Source of the DNA: Cladosporium halotolerans
Lineage: Eukaryota
DNA length: 64,000 nt
Reading direction: 5' to 3'
NCBI RefSeq assembly: GCF_011745625.1
Contig: NW_027191479.1
Span: 186,001 to 250,000, forward strand
Part shown: piece by piece, positions 24,511-37,575 of the stretch
How the letters are laid out: the number at the start of each line of letters is the position of its first letter
Position numbering within the stretch: the first letter of the stretch is position 1
Notes under the pieces: model-generated
Database searches by the model: none
Seen by the model: only the letters and a program-made list of their open reading frames with translations
What the model was told of the DNA's origin: nothing
Program-made: the position numbers and the translations under genes

Positions 24511-27500
24511 ATGCCGGACGAGACTCAGCCTGTGACTGGGTCAAGCTATTACGAAGAGGCTTCCACGGCCAACAAGGTACTGATCAGACCTGATACGCCG
24601 GACCAAGGCCCTGTAGATACAACCGACTCATCGCCGGCCGTTCGTACTGCCCTCGATGAGGAGCAGCTTGGAAACCAGACTAGCCCTACTGCTGTCACGC
24701 ATGGTAATACGTGGCTCACTATTTTCTCTGGGCCCTTGCTCACCGTTCCGGAATGCAAAGCACCAAGCTCCGTTCCTACAACACCCATGTCCCAGAAAGA
24801 CCAGTTGCCCGGTCAGTCTGATGGCTGTACACAATCGCCGCGTGAAGGTGCCGTGCAATCTCAGATCGATGCCCAGCTCCAGCACGAGACCTCAACAAGT
24901 CGGGATAGCCAGTGCGGTGACAGTGCGGACCTCAGCAGTGACGGCGAAATGTACATGCGCAACGGAAATACAGGCCGCCAGGCTTCGCATCAACCTTTTC
25001 CCGCCGCAAGAGACAGAGGCCGTGCAATGGTTGGCCGATCGGATGTGAGGAGAGATGTCTTCTCAAAGGAGCTTCGCAGCGAGTTTCACCCAGACGCAAA
25101 TTCAGCCAATCACTACGATGCAACTGACACGAATGAGCTACTTGAAGTCGTTGCCTACAAGTTCAGAGAACAAGAGATGAATCTGAAGACGGCCTTCTCC
25201 GCAGACCACCATGCTATGCGTTCGCAGCTCCAGCGCGCTCAAGGGAACAATGACGCACTACGTGCTAAAGTTGCGAACTTGAAGGAGCAACTGGATCACA
25301 GTGAAGTCTCGATAGACAAGTATAGACGTCAGATCGCGAAAGCAAAGGGCTTACAGAAGTTTCTTGAAGGTCTGGGTCATGACCTGCAAAGCCTCAAACG
25401 CTCACATGATGCTCAGAGATCCTCTTTCACGACTCAAATCGAGGAAAGCCAAGCTGAGATCTCTCGTTTGCAGACCGCACTCGCCAGCAGAGATGATTAC
25501 GAGACGGCGCGGGCCAATGCGAAGAATTCTCTGGAAAAGGTCTTGGTTGCGAGGGAATCCGATCTTCAATCTGTGATTACGCACCGTGACCTACTGAGAA
25601 CACAGCTTGATGAGAAAATTGGACAGCTTGTCGAAGAGCGTGATCACCGCTCAAAACTCGAGGAAGTCATCGGTGCATTTCGCTCCAGTGACACAACATC
25701 TCTGGCCGCTTCTGTTGAGCAATGCCTGCTGTCGCTCCTGCCACGATTTACGTCACTCGGCGAAAAGGGAGACCAGCTTCTTCTAAACGTCTCCTACCTA
25801 CACGAAATGCTGCGTGGTCTCACCGAGCGAGGATTAGCCACATCTCAGGATTGCGAAGAGATCCGTCGTCAGGTCTGCGACTCCGAGTCGAGGGTCATAC
25901 AAAGCTTGCAAATCGGACCTGAGGCAGAATTCCGGGTGGTGGAGCTTGCTCAGATCGTTGAGAGAGTAATGGATCATGCAATCCGCCCTGTCTCGGCAAA
26001 GCTAGATCATCTAGAATCAGCCAAGGGGCAGGCCAAAGTGTGGAGTGAGGCCCACATCAGCTTGAATGCTGAGCTCAAAATCGTTACTAACCGTATGGTG
26101 CATCTTAATGCTGAGATGCAGCTTGCTAGAAAAAAAGAAGCGGAGCAAGCCCAGAGTCTAGAGCTGTCTTCAGCTCGTATCGCGGAGCTCGAAGCTAATC
26201 TTGGACGTGCAATGAATGACCAGAAGTCTCGGACTGACGAGTCTAACGTCGAGGCAAGGGTGAGGCTGACACACGTTTGCTGCTCTTTGCGAAAAAGCTA
26301 ACTTGAACACAGATCAAGGAAGCTGTCAGCGTAGCGCAGAAACAGTTCTCACAAAACGCGAACACCTTTATCGCCCAGGAAAAGGCACGATACAGGAACG
26401 AATTGAAGCGGATCGAAGGCCAACGTCACAAGGCTACGGAAGCACTACAGCTACGGACAGAAGAATTTAACCAACTCAAAGTCAAGTTTCACGAGCTTCA
26501 TGAGCGATCATTGTCGACGGATTCAGAGACGGCACGCAAGCTATCAGAGCTCACTGACAGCTTTCGGACTCTCCACCAACAACACGAGGCACTCAGACAC
26601 GCTTCCGACAGCGACGCCTCGGTCAAATCGCAAAACGATGAGCTTGTCGCTGAGAAACGGTCATGGGCCCTGATTTGCACGGAAAACGAATCGACCATCT
26701 CGACATTGACACAAGAACTTGAAGAGCGCAAGGTTGAACTTCTCCAAGTTCGCTCTGCTGCCCGCGAGGCTGATGCAGAGAGGACTATTGTAAGCAAGAA
26801 ACAGCTGGACGATCTTGAAGCGCTACAGCTTGAGCTGCAGCAGGCACATGAAAGATCCAGGCACGCGGAGAGTCTAAATGCTCAAGTCATTTCCAGTTCC
26901 GAGAAAGCGATATCCGACGAACAGGAAAAAAGCCGAAAGCAACAAGAAGTTCTGCAGCTCCGACTGACCGAATGCCAGACTGAGCTCCAGATCCAGTACA
27001 AAGAAGTAGATGACATCCGCAACTCCCTTGAGCAGGCCTTCGACGAGGAGAAGACTGCATTGAAGCAAAAGTGTGACGATCTTCAGTCAAACGCGGCGAT
27101 GAACGAAGCAATTATTGCAGACTTGAAGACAACTGCCGAAGAGTTGCGCAAGCAGCGGAAAGACTTGCAACAGCAGCTACAAAGCTACATTCCGTTGCTC
27201 GACTTCTCAGGAAAGCCAAGGTTCAGCACGGGCAACGCGGCCTTACACCAATCATCATTCATTCCCTCTACGCAAATTCCGGATGACCAAGAGTTCACAA
27301 TTTTCGAAGATCCGCAGGACAGCCCGAATCCTGCAGTTGTTGCAGAAAGCCCGATTCTTGCTGGTCACGCGTCCACCAAATCCTTTCCGCTACCCAACAG
27401 CTCATCGAAGCGACTCATGCGAGCGGTGTCTGAGAAGTCTTTCGAAGGTCGCCTCTCGTCTCAGGGAAACCCCAGTGAGCTGAAAGGTACTTGCATGAAT

Positions 27501-28042
27501 TATGCCGCGCGTCCTCAGAAAACCCCGGACGCTTCGCAGGAAGCCCTTGGAAGCTCTCCAGCTTTCATGAAACCGACCGCTGCCGGCGTTACGAGAAGGT
27601 ACTCGGGACCCAAAACTTCATTGCTTGCCGAGCGTCGTCCGATCACTCCTGCCCTGGATCCTCGTCTCCTGGCCAAATCAGGTGGTAGGAAGCGTGCTCC
27701 TGACAATGACTCCATTCACCAACATGCAGCCAGAAAGAAGAAGAGCTCTCCATCGACCGCCAATCCAGCCAGCAGACCGCCGACTGCGGGTGATAGCTTT
27801 ATTGCTCGCTCTTCGCAATCTGTCAGCGATCTTCCCCGTGTCGACACCATCAGTTCCGCACGCGTCACAAGGCAGTCTCAATCCTCGCGTATGAGAACTT
27901 CTGGCCGACCTAGACGTGCCGTGACACGCCAGTCGAGAGGTCACAAAGGGAAGTGTCGTCCTTGGACTTTTCGAAGCGTACCTGCTAACATCGTGCAACA
28001 GAGCAATCTTACAGTGCGCGCTTCCGCGAAGAGCTGAAGTGA
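24511..28042 (+). CDS. Long coiled-coil protein of unknown function
   Basis: ORFs 24511..26301 and 26403..28037 are joined by an intron at about 26260..26312. Extended E/Q/L/K heptad-rich centre with disordered ends. 5' and 3' exon limits are uncertain. Confidence 0.7.
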
Positions 28043-28329
28043 CATGACGAAGGTCCTGCGCCGCAATTATTCTGGAATTGAGGGATGCTTTTAGCTTCTC
28101 CTTTGTCTTCGGCTCGCTTTGCCCCATATTGGGACGTTCCTTGCTTGCAATTCTAAAGGACTTGCACCCTTCGAGAGAAGAGATGGTTACGTCGCTCGAT
28201 CAGTGGAAACATGATGTAGCTAGACAAGTGACAGCCGAATTCAACAAACTTCAGACCATGACCAAGACCTGAGCGCTTAAATCTGCAATCAGGCGCGCGC
28301 GATCACAGCCGCGAGCGACGTCCTCTATT

Positions 28330-30282
28330 CTAGATATCACTCTCCTTGACTTTCTCAACCTGCTCGGCAACATCTTCCTTGCTGAGACCCCTCTCGGCGA
28401 CACGCTCAGCAGCCATCTCCGGCGTCATGCGGATCCTAGGATTGCCGTTGAGACCACCCATCTCTGTTGGCAGGAAGATGAGGTCGATGTCCTCAAGACT
28501 GAGATTGGAGGTTTCGGGGTAAAAGAAATAGATCACCGGGATGAACAGAGCCTGGATTGGAAACAGCGATTAGCAAGAGTTGTTTTGAAGGTAGATGAGT
28601 GTCGTGTTGTAGACTTACCAAGAGGACCATGAAGATCAGGTACGTTCCCCATGAGATACGGTTGATCAGGACGGGAGACTGGATGTTTTGTCAGCGGCCA
28701 GGTCGAGTGCAGCCAAGATTGTAGATACTTACGATCATGACGATGAAGAAGTTCCAAAGCCAGTGAGCGGAGACAGACTGGAGAGGGTGTCAGCAGCAAT
28801 ACTGTTAAAGCCCAAATGATAGTTGGAACTCACAATAGCCGTTCCACGCGTGCGGGCCTCGAGCGGTAGGATCTCAGGTCCATAGACCCACGGCACGACG
28901 TTGATGGTTCCTCCGAAGATCAACATGTAGAGAAAAAAGAAGGCGACAGCACCCGAGGCCGGTCCTCGCTGGCCAGCGTCGGTAGCCGCTTTCGAAGCCG
29001 TCGCCAGCAGGGCGGCCAACATCATCATACAGATAGAAAGGCCTGCACAGCCCCAGATCATCGTCCAACGGCGTCCAATGCGGTCCAAAGCCAGGGCGGG
29101 GAGAAGGTTACCGATTGGGAACATGCTGCGAGACCATATGTCAGCGTCTTACTCTGGGCATTCATTATACGAATTACATGTACTGACAGCTGGATGAAGC
29201 CGGCAATCAACAAGACGGTTGGGCGTGGCAGTTGGACGAACTCGCCCAAGGCAGATGGCAAATAATAGACGACTAGAATCCATGGTCAGCTCTGAGCGTT
29301 CGGCTTGATTCCACGGACAGCCCACATACCAAGATTGATGCCGGACAATTGGTTCATAAACAAACCAAACCAAGCAAGACCGACACGTTTCCTCGTCTGA
29401 AGAGCATCTTTCTTGAATACCGAAGTCCAGCTCTGAGCTCCTTCATGCTGTTCCAGCGCGATGACCTTTCTGATGGACTCCATTTCGGCTACGACATACT
29501 CGTCGTCAGGCGAAAGATCGTTGACAGCACAGATGACCTCGAGAGCCTCCTCGACGCGACCCCTCTTCGCCAGCCAACGTGGCGATTCGGGTAGACCCCA
29601 GACGATGAAGATCACGGCGATGGCGAAAGTCAGCTGGATAGCGATCGGTGTGCGCCAAGAAGCCGGTCCGTCCACGAAGGAAAATCCGTAATCGATCCAG
29701 TAAGCCTACATAAAATTAGCCCGAATCGAAGACCAGGTTCTTGTTGAAGGGCTCACCAAGACGATACCGATACCAATGAAGAGGATCTCCCATGAGACCA
29801 GTCTACCACGCCATTCTCGCTTGGACAACTCACTCTGGTACATCGGGACGGTGCTCGAATCGATACCGGTTCCGAATCCAGTGATGATGCGACCAACGAT
29901 CAAGTGGGCGACGCTGTACGCCGAGGTCTGCAGACTCGCGCCAACCACAATCAGGCCCATGGCAATCCAGATCATGTATCTGCGGCCCAGCAAATCTCCG
30001 ACAGCGAAGTTGATCACGCATCCGATAAGAGCGCCCAAGCAGTAGCTGGAGACGATGACGCCTGTGATGACATCTGAAGGGTCACCGAATTGTTCGCGGA
30101 AGTCTGGGTTCTCGAGCAAGCCGGACAAGACACCTTGGTCATAACTACGAAGGAGGTCAGTTCATTGTCCAAAAGGATTTAGTAGGTGGGGAAGCGTCAT
30201 ACCCGAAGAACAAGAACGCAGACAGACAACAAGCATACACTGCCCAGCGCAGCGGCGCGCCTCTCCCATAGCAAGACCTCAT
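28330..30282 (-). CDS. MFS sugar porter (Stl1-like subfamily)
   Basis: Eight exons assembled by hand: FGYDQGV, GDLLGRR, VPMYQSE, PESPRWL, QLSGIN, PWVYGPEILP, YFFYPET. Confidence 0.92.
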
Positions 30283-31555
30283 GGTGGACTAGGATCTGTA
30301 TCGCACTCTGTGGGGAAAACCTGGAGAGAATGGGGTCTGGATCTGGGGAAGCAAAAGCAACGGGCGGCCAGCGTGTTCATATACCGTTGGGTCAACGGCA
30401 TCGGCGGTCTCCATCTTCCAAGAGCTGCCAATCCTGCCCATTGCGTATGCGCGAGCACGCACATGGGCTTACCAGATCTGCACTGCCGGCGGCTCGGGAG
30501 CACGTGAGGGTAGCTTTAAACTTTTATTACCGGTACTCCTGAAGCGCTCGTCTTACTTTCCTGGACACGAGCCTCCATGTCTCACTCAGAAAACGTTGCT
30601 GGTAGCCACTAAATATGTGACAACAATGCCATCAACTCTGGCTTTCTGATTGACATGCCCCTCACAGAGTCCGTTCTGATCAAACGATCATCTTGGAGCC
30701 ATATTGGAGGTTGGGCCGGCTGTATGCATGCTGGTATAGAGAATGACTCGCGCCAGTGAAATCGCGCCTCTGCCGGGCGGCAGCTGGCAACAATGGGGTA
30801 GTGGGTATCAGAGTTTGTTGATGATGCGGGGGAACCGCGGAGTCACTTTCATCCTGCGTCTTGTGTCTCGCAAGCATTGCCAGTCTCAGGCTTGAAGATT
30901 GCATATTTGATGCGTTCCAAGATGCATCCCAGCCTCGGAGTAGTGACCTCGTTCTCCGCTTCTTACCAGAGAAAGCAGGCATTCCAGGCCCTAGAAAAAT
31001 ATGGGTAGCGGATCTCACATTGAAAACAACTCCAGTCTTGACTTTCGGACCGAGCTTTGGCTTGGTGCTTCTGACCGTGTGGCTTGAAGAGGCTTAGGCC
31101 GGAAGCCCAGAACGAGACAACCACCCCTTGCCCGCCAAGTGCCCAGCAACAGGGTGGCGCGCCTACCGGTATCTATTACCCCGGGCACCTCTTCGAATTG
31201 CGCCGCTTAGGTTGCATCGTCTCGGGGCGGCAATTATTGCTGGAGGCATATTGAGATACCGTAGCCCAATCGCCGACGTTCTGCCGGTCAGAGCGACATG
31301 CTAAGCGTCAGCGATCATCACTTACTCGTTTCAGGTCTACCGTACAGACACTGTGACTATCGTCCACGTGGAGGCACTCAAGGTTCACGCACACGTGGAG
31401 ATCATCGCTTCGAGAAGAACTGTCAAGTTCAAGGGCTTGAGGGAAATTGGCGATTTTGCATTGCAAGACGAGAAGCCATTTCAAGCACGAAATGCGTGGT
31501 TCGAGATGGCCTAACGCACGGCCCTCCAACAGGCTTTCCATTCTCACCCATGCGC

Positions 31556-33099
31556 TCACAGGCACTGCGAGTACCAGTCGTTCGACTTCTGGCAGGTGCT
31601 GCCGCTGACGCAGCAGAACGGTCCATTCCATCCATTGCCCTGTCGAATTATCAACATTTTGAAGCCGCTTTCGCAATTTGCGGGAAATACTCACGCCACA
31701 CTGGCCCCATTTGGACGCACAGTTTCCAGTTGGGGAAGGAGATGAAGTTGTCCTGGTTGTGGTTGCGGTTGAAGTGGTTCTGGCCGTGGTCGAGGTTGTT
31801 CTGCTGGAAGTAGTCGACGTGGCAGTGGTGGTGCCGCCGGATCCAGAGCCGGCGAAAGCAGATTGCAGGATCGGCATGTAGGCATTATACGCAGCGCCAT
31901 TGGTAGGCTCAAGGCCGTACATGTAGGTTCCCCACCACGGTCCAGCAGCCCACCAGAGAGCGCCTTGCCACACGTCTATCGGGGGGTCAGCGATGAGCGA
32001 ATGGACAGTGAGAGCTTAAACCTACCAGAGTTATCGTTCATGTACTGGAGCATGCCCGCGATGGCAGTCTGGCACTGGGCGTTGACACCTCCCGCGAACT
32101 CGCCGATAAGACCGATCTTCTTGTTGGCGCGAAGCCAGTTTGTAGCCGCCACGAGACGTTCGGCACCAACCGTGGAGGACACGCAGTTGGGAGAAGTACC
32201 GGATCCATCGGTGTCAAGGTATTGGTGCATCTGGTAAACCAGCTTGTTCTCAGGGTCGGTGAGCGAGCCCATCAGGTCACTGAAGCGGCGGTCAGCACGT
32301 TCTAATCCCCTTTGCGTGATGCTGTCGCCAAGTACTTGCGCATTCGTCTTGCCATCAGTGCCCTTGGATGTGGTCCATGTCCAGGCACCAGTCCACGCTG
32401 TTTGAGATATCAGTATGCTGCTGGTTGCGGCTCGTAGGCATTAGAGGAGACAAACCGTTGCCTTCCACATTGATCGTTTGCTTGGCACCCGCAGCGCGAA
32501 TGCCGTTGATCGCAGCCTGATTGAGCTGGACAACGAGTGCAGTGGACATGGTGTGAAACCTGACAGTAGTTTAGCAACCAAGAGGGACCCCATCAAACTC
32601 AAATTCACTGGAAGAAGACGCACTCGTTGTTCGTGTCCCAGATGACCCTGGGATTGTCCTTGTAAACAGTTGCAACGGTCTGCCACCATTTTCCGAAGGC
32701 GGCCGCATCGGTAATGACCTCCTTGTAGTACCGCCCGTAATTGTGCGGCTGAATCATGGCATATGCGCCCCTGCTAGTCACGTAGTTGACCTGCTCGGTG
32801 AGGTTGCTGAGGTACGCCGGATCAAGGGAGCCTGTCATGCTGTTCGGGATCAAACGCTCCATGTAGAAGTTGATTCGGAACGTATTGAAGCCGCGCGCGA
32901 TAAAAGTGTCGTACGTAGACAGGGTGGGCCAGATGTAGTCCTTGCCGTAGAGGCCTGGGAAGATGCCGTCGCCGAACTCAGGGCCGCTCTCGTTGACGCC
33001 CACCCACTGCATCTTGCCGGCGCGTTTGGCCACCCTGTTGGGAGCTGAGAGCACGAGCCCCAGCGTGCTCGCCGCGGCGAGGAGAGAGACGAAGTGCAT
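31556..33099 (-). CDS. GH5 (subfamily 5-like) endoglucanase with linker and C-terminal CBM1
   Basis: Signal peptide, [24 protein letters not shown] (acid/base), [19 protein letters not shown] (nucleophile), WWAAGPWW, Thr-rich linker and [21 protein letters not shown]. Confidence 0.93.
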
Positions 33100-33694
33100 G
33101 GTGAGGGGGCAACTGTGGAAGGTTGGAAGAGAAAGAGAGCTGATTGACTTGCAATCGTTGTGGTCCAGAGAGAAGGGAAAGTGGAAAATATTTATAGTAT
33201 GCCAAGGGCATCCCTTATACCATCAAGCCTCGCCAGTTGATTTCATTCGCCTTCGTTGTCCTGGTAGTCCGGCGTCTTTCCGGACGACCTCAGCGGAGGT
33301 GAGGTCTCCGGAGCCCCGGAAAGTAGATCTCGGCTCGAGGCGATGGCTTGGATATAGTCTCTCTAGCCCTACAAAGAAGAAAAAGCGCCATTCCGTTGTA
33401 GGCGAGGCAGGGTCGTACAGGTGCATGCGGCTCAAAGCCCATACCGCCTCGTTTTCCGATACGGAGCTCCATGGTCCGTCGGCTCTTGCACTTGTGGGAC
33501 TCGAGCATCTACACCCATGGGAAGCCTCGCTAAATTGCTCTTTGTGCGCGCAATATGGCTGTCATGTCTTACTTCCGACGGTCATGTCTGTGTTGGCGCG
33601 CGAATGTCACGCGTCGGGCGATGTTACACAAGGCCATGACATGTGGAAACGCGTGCCGATCGTGTACAGCACGAAAGTCGCAGATCAGCGTGCT

Positions 33695-33701
33695 GGCTAA
33701 A
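33695..33701 (+). promoter_or_regulatory. Putative XlnR/Xyr1 site GGCTAAA in the divergent GH5/SDR promoter
   Basis: Exact GGCTAAA between the GH5 and SDR start codons. The motif is short and could occur by chance. Confidence 0.35.
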
Positions 33702-33999
33702 TAGGATGGCTCAACGTGTCATTCTTCTTGTGTATACACAATTGCGGTGATAAGATCGAATGTTCGAGTGAAAGTTGAGTTTCCGGTCGCAAGGTGTGCC
33801 GAGAGGGTCCGGCAAAAGACAGGTCGACGTCGGCGGACAACCTGGAATGATGTCGCCGCCGAGCACAAAGTGGGGCACTGGCTCGCATGTCAGCCATCTC
33901 CAATTGTGCAACAACGACAAGCACTCAATTTCTGAAAAAGTCTTATGATATGTGCTAGTTTTTTCCAAGCGAGTTATTCTTTTGTGATACTGCTTGGTC

Positions 34000-35015
34000 A
34001 TGAACCGTGCCCTCTCCTCTCGCCTCGCCATCATTACAGGCGGCATCGGTACGTACACAGGCAATTGCCGAAAGCACATGGCTTGTTGCCGAAGGATCAT
34101 CGCTCATGAAAACGTTCTTGTAGGCGGCATTGGCTCATCAGTCGGGACTCTTCTTCGCTCACAAGGTGCTAAGCTGGCCCTTCTGTATGCACCGTTCGAA
34201 GCGGACAAAGTCAAGTCTACGCTCGATGGCGTCTACGGATCCATGAGCGCAGCCGAAGTCAATGACGTGAAAGCGTATGCATGCGATGTGACCAACCCGA
34301 AATCCGTCGACGATGCTTTCAAAGAGATCACTGGCGACAGGACTGCTTTCCCATCTATCCTCGTCAATGCTGCCGGCTACGTCGCCCTGAGGTGAGTTTG
34401 CGGGCTTCTTCGCGATATCTTTCGGAAGTCCACTCGTTGATTCATTCGTCCGTACAGTCCATTCGAAGCCACACCACCAGAGGACAGTTTGAAGCATTAC
34501 CTCGTCAACCTTTACGGACCGACTCTCACTAGTCAGGCGTTTGCGCGGGCATTCTTCGCAGCTAAACAAGCCCACTCAGATAGCAAGAACAGCGTGCCGG
34601 CACCACCTGGACGTATTGTCAACATCGCCAGCCAGGCTGCCCACATTGCTCTCGATCAGCACGCAGCTTACTGTGCAAGCAAAGCTGGACTCCTTGGTCT
34701 CACTCGTAGCTGTGCCCTCGAGTGGGCTCCGAAGGGGATCACCACAAATTCCATTTGTCCCGGACCAGTCTGGACCGCTTTGGGACGGAAAGCTTGGGCA
34801 GATGTCAAGGTCAGAGAAGCGTGAGTATTGCACATGATCTCAGACATTCATATCAAAATCTAATCCCCGCGTGTAGATATCAGAGATCAATTCCGACAGG
34901 TGACTTCGCCGAGCCGGAGGAGGTTGCACACGCTGTCTCATTCCTTGTTCAGGATTCAGCACGCAACATCAACGGCGCGGACATCAAACTCGATGGAGGG
35001 TTCACCGTGCACTAG
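34000..35015 (+). CDS. SDR, polyol dehydrogenase-like (GolD/DthD-like)
   Basis: TGGIGGIG after splicing, [33 protein letters not shown] and IKLDGG. Three introns. Confidence 0.8.
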
Positions 35016-35580
35016 CGAAAGACACCGTTGGCTTTTGGGCGATTACGTAGTAGACACACCAAGGCTTTGGTACTGTCATGACCGGGTTGGAAGCTATCAA
35101 AGTTGGAATGATCTTGATTTTGCTGTCGTATCCTCCAGCCTTGACGTGCCATTATATTTGTCGCGGTGATATTATAAAGAGTCACGTTCATCTGACGGAC
35201 CGCCTGGTCTCCGGTCCGATGTCAACAATGCGATCAACTTATGACGTCACATTCGCCACTCCTCGATTGATGATACTTGTGGTCTTGTGATACCAACTCG
35301 GCTTCTTCAGCTCATCAATCGCGTACAAATCGCTGAATGGAATATGGAATCAACCATTTGGCTGCTTACAGCCACGAGCGAGGCATAGCATGCCATTCAC
35401 TGGCAAAGCTCGAAAGGTAGTTGCGGAGATAGGACCGCTACAACACCCTGTGAAAGGTGGGTAATGACATATGCCTGCACCTCGATGCTTTGGGTTGTCT
35501 TGCTCTCGTCTGTCTTTTAAATCTCCTCATCCCACCCACATTCACTCATATTTTTTACAAAAACAACTCAATCAGCCATC

Positions 35581-36345
35581 ATGGTCCGCGTCTTTATCAC
35601 AGGCTCAAGCGACGGCATTGGTCTTGCAGCCGCTAAATCGCTCATCGAAAGAGGCCACAAGGTCACCCTACATGCTCGCAACGCCGACAGAGCCAAGCAG
35701 ACGCGCGAGGCTGTCCCCAATGCCGAAGGTATCCTCATTGGCGACTTGACATCAATCAGTGAAACCAAGAAGCTTGCCGAGGATGCAAACAAGACTGGCA
35801 CCTTCGACGCGATCATTCAAAATGCTGGCATCGGATATGGTGGCACTTCGACTCGCGAAATGACGCCTGACGGCATCTCTGCCGTCTTCGCCTGTAACAC
35901 CCTGGCACCTTACATCCTCACATGCCTCATGAACAAGCCCAAGTCCAGAATTCTCTTCATGAGCTCCGACAGCCACTACGGTGGCGATGAGTCCCTCAAA
36001 GACTGCACGACATCTTCCTCCTACGGTAACAGCAAGCTGCACGACACGATGCTCGCCAACGCTTTCGCGCGACGCTGGTCGGACGTACAGAGCGTCAGCA
36101 TGCATCCCGGATGGGTGCGGACGAAGATGGGCGGCTCTGCCCCCGGCACGACGGACAAGCCGGCCAAGGTCCTCACGGAGTGGGCGGCCGGAGAAGGCTT
36201 TGCGGCGAAGCTGAAGTCAGGTGCTTTCTTCACTACTAGTGGCGAGGACTCCGCCCACCCGGGTGCGGGCAAGGTCGACAAGCAGGAGGAGCTGCTGAAG
36301 ATCTGTAGTGATCTATCGGGTGTTCCTGTGCCTGGTAACGACTGA
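35581..36345 (+). CDS. Intronless short-chain dehydrogenase/reductase
   Basis: VFITGSSDGIG, NAGIG, YGNSK and MHPGWVRTKMGG. Confidence 0.88.
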   Translation: MVRVFITGSSDGIGLAAAKSLIERGHKVTLHARNADRAKQTREAVPNAEGILIGDLTSISETKKLAEDANKTGTFDAIIQNAGIGYGGTSTREMTPDGISAVFACNTLAPYILTCLMNKPKSRILFMSSDSHYGGDESLKDCTTSSSYGNSKLHDTMLANAFARRWSDVQSVSMHPGWVRTKMGGSAPGTTDKPAKVLTEWAAGEGFAAKLKSGAFFTTSGEDSAHPGAGKVDKQEELLKICSDLSGVPVPGND

Positions 36346-37241
36346 GGATTTAGGAACACTTGGTGTCTGCTCATACCTCAGATCTTCGGCAAGATTAGAT
36401 TCATGGCGTTATTTAGTTCAGAATCGAGGAATATTGCAAGATGTTCAATGATATCTTACGTGCAAATCCGCGTGAACCTGAGTTGTTGACGGCTTTCCAG
36501 TTTCATTTGGACTTCACGCCAATGCCATTGTTCAGATCGTCGACTTCCGCCGATAAAGTACACATCAAAACAATATTCGTTGAGTAAAATTGAGATTGCG
36601 ACTCGGCCACGACTCGCTTGCGAGGACATGAGCGCGTAGGGATGCGTCGCCAGAGCGGGCCGGTCGCGTCGCTACGAACGGTGTGGCGCCCTGGAGTCGA
36701 CAACAAAGTCACCGGGCGAAACGTATCGCTTACCATAGTTACTGCAACACTGGCATTGAGCTATATTCTATACAATTGATCTTGATGAATCAATGAAGGA
36801 GATTTTCCGGTGCCGATAACGCGACAAGCAATGTGGTTGATCGGAGCAGATGGTCAACCACGCTGGCCATTATACAGTCGCAGCAAGCTTTGTTCCGGCC
36901 GAACCATGGATAAACTTCTATCAAGGTGTCACAAGCACTTGAAGACAGACTTCGGCAAGTCCGTTTCTTGTATGGCTGCATAGATTAAATGCAGCTCAAG
37001 CTGCGCGGAGACACCCTTGGCAGCGCCTTGCCCTTCTTACCCGGAGGCCTAACCCATTCGGACGACAACACATTTTGCTCCGGACTACTTTCTGCTATAT
37101 TACACACCTCATCCAAGATGGCTCGGGCCTCCCTAAGCAACGCATGGGGGAACTTTCGTGAATAGTGTGGCGAGTGGGTACCTGCATGTCAGCTGGTCAC
37201 TCAGCCATCCAGACCTGGCCTTTGTTCGGATGTTACGATGC

Positions 37242-37248
37242 TTTAGCC
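37242..37248 (-). promoter_or_regulatory. Putative XlnR/Xyr1 site upstream of the cellobiohydrolase
   Basis: TTTAGCC (GGCTAAA on the minus strand) about 330 nt before the ATG; TATAAAA at about 37497. Confidence 0.35.
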
Positions 37249-37575
37249 ATGGCTGGCACAGACTTTGACTGGCTACACAAGGACGGGCTCCCCTCTCCGT
37301 TGTCTGTGCCCTACTCCAGGGAATGGCAAGTCATGGCCGGTTGTGGAACAGGCTCCGTAGGACCTCTCCTCCGACGGACCGCGCGAAGACAGCAACTTGT
37401 GGGCCTATCATCCTAAGAACTAGGGCAGACACCACGATGCGGCGAAACCTGCTGTAAGTCGCTTGCCATGAGCGTGTTTTTCAGGCAGGTGAATCGTATA
37501 AAAGTCCTTGTCGCCGCGGACCAGTCGTCCATCTCCAGCAAGCCCATCAGTAGATTCTCCGACCAATCTGCAAGC

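Noticed and set aside
33269..33283. CCGG-N7-CCGG inverted CGG triplets as a ClrB/CLR-2 site
   Set aside because: Spacing (CGG-N7-CCG) does not match the consensus I recall for these factors, and such triplets are frequent in GC-rich DNA.
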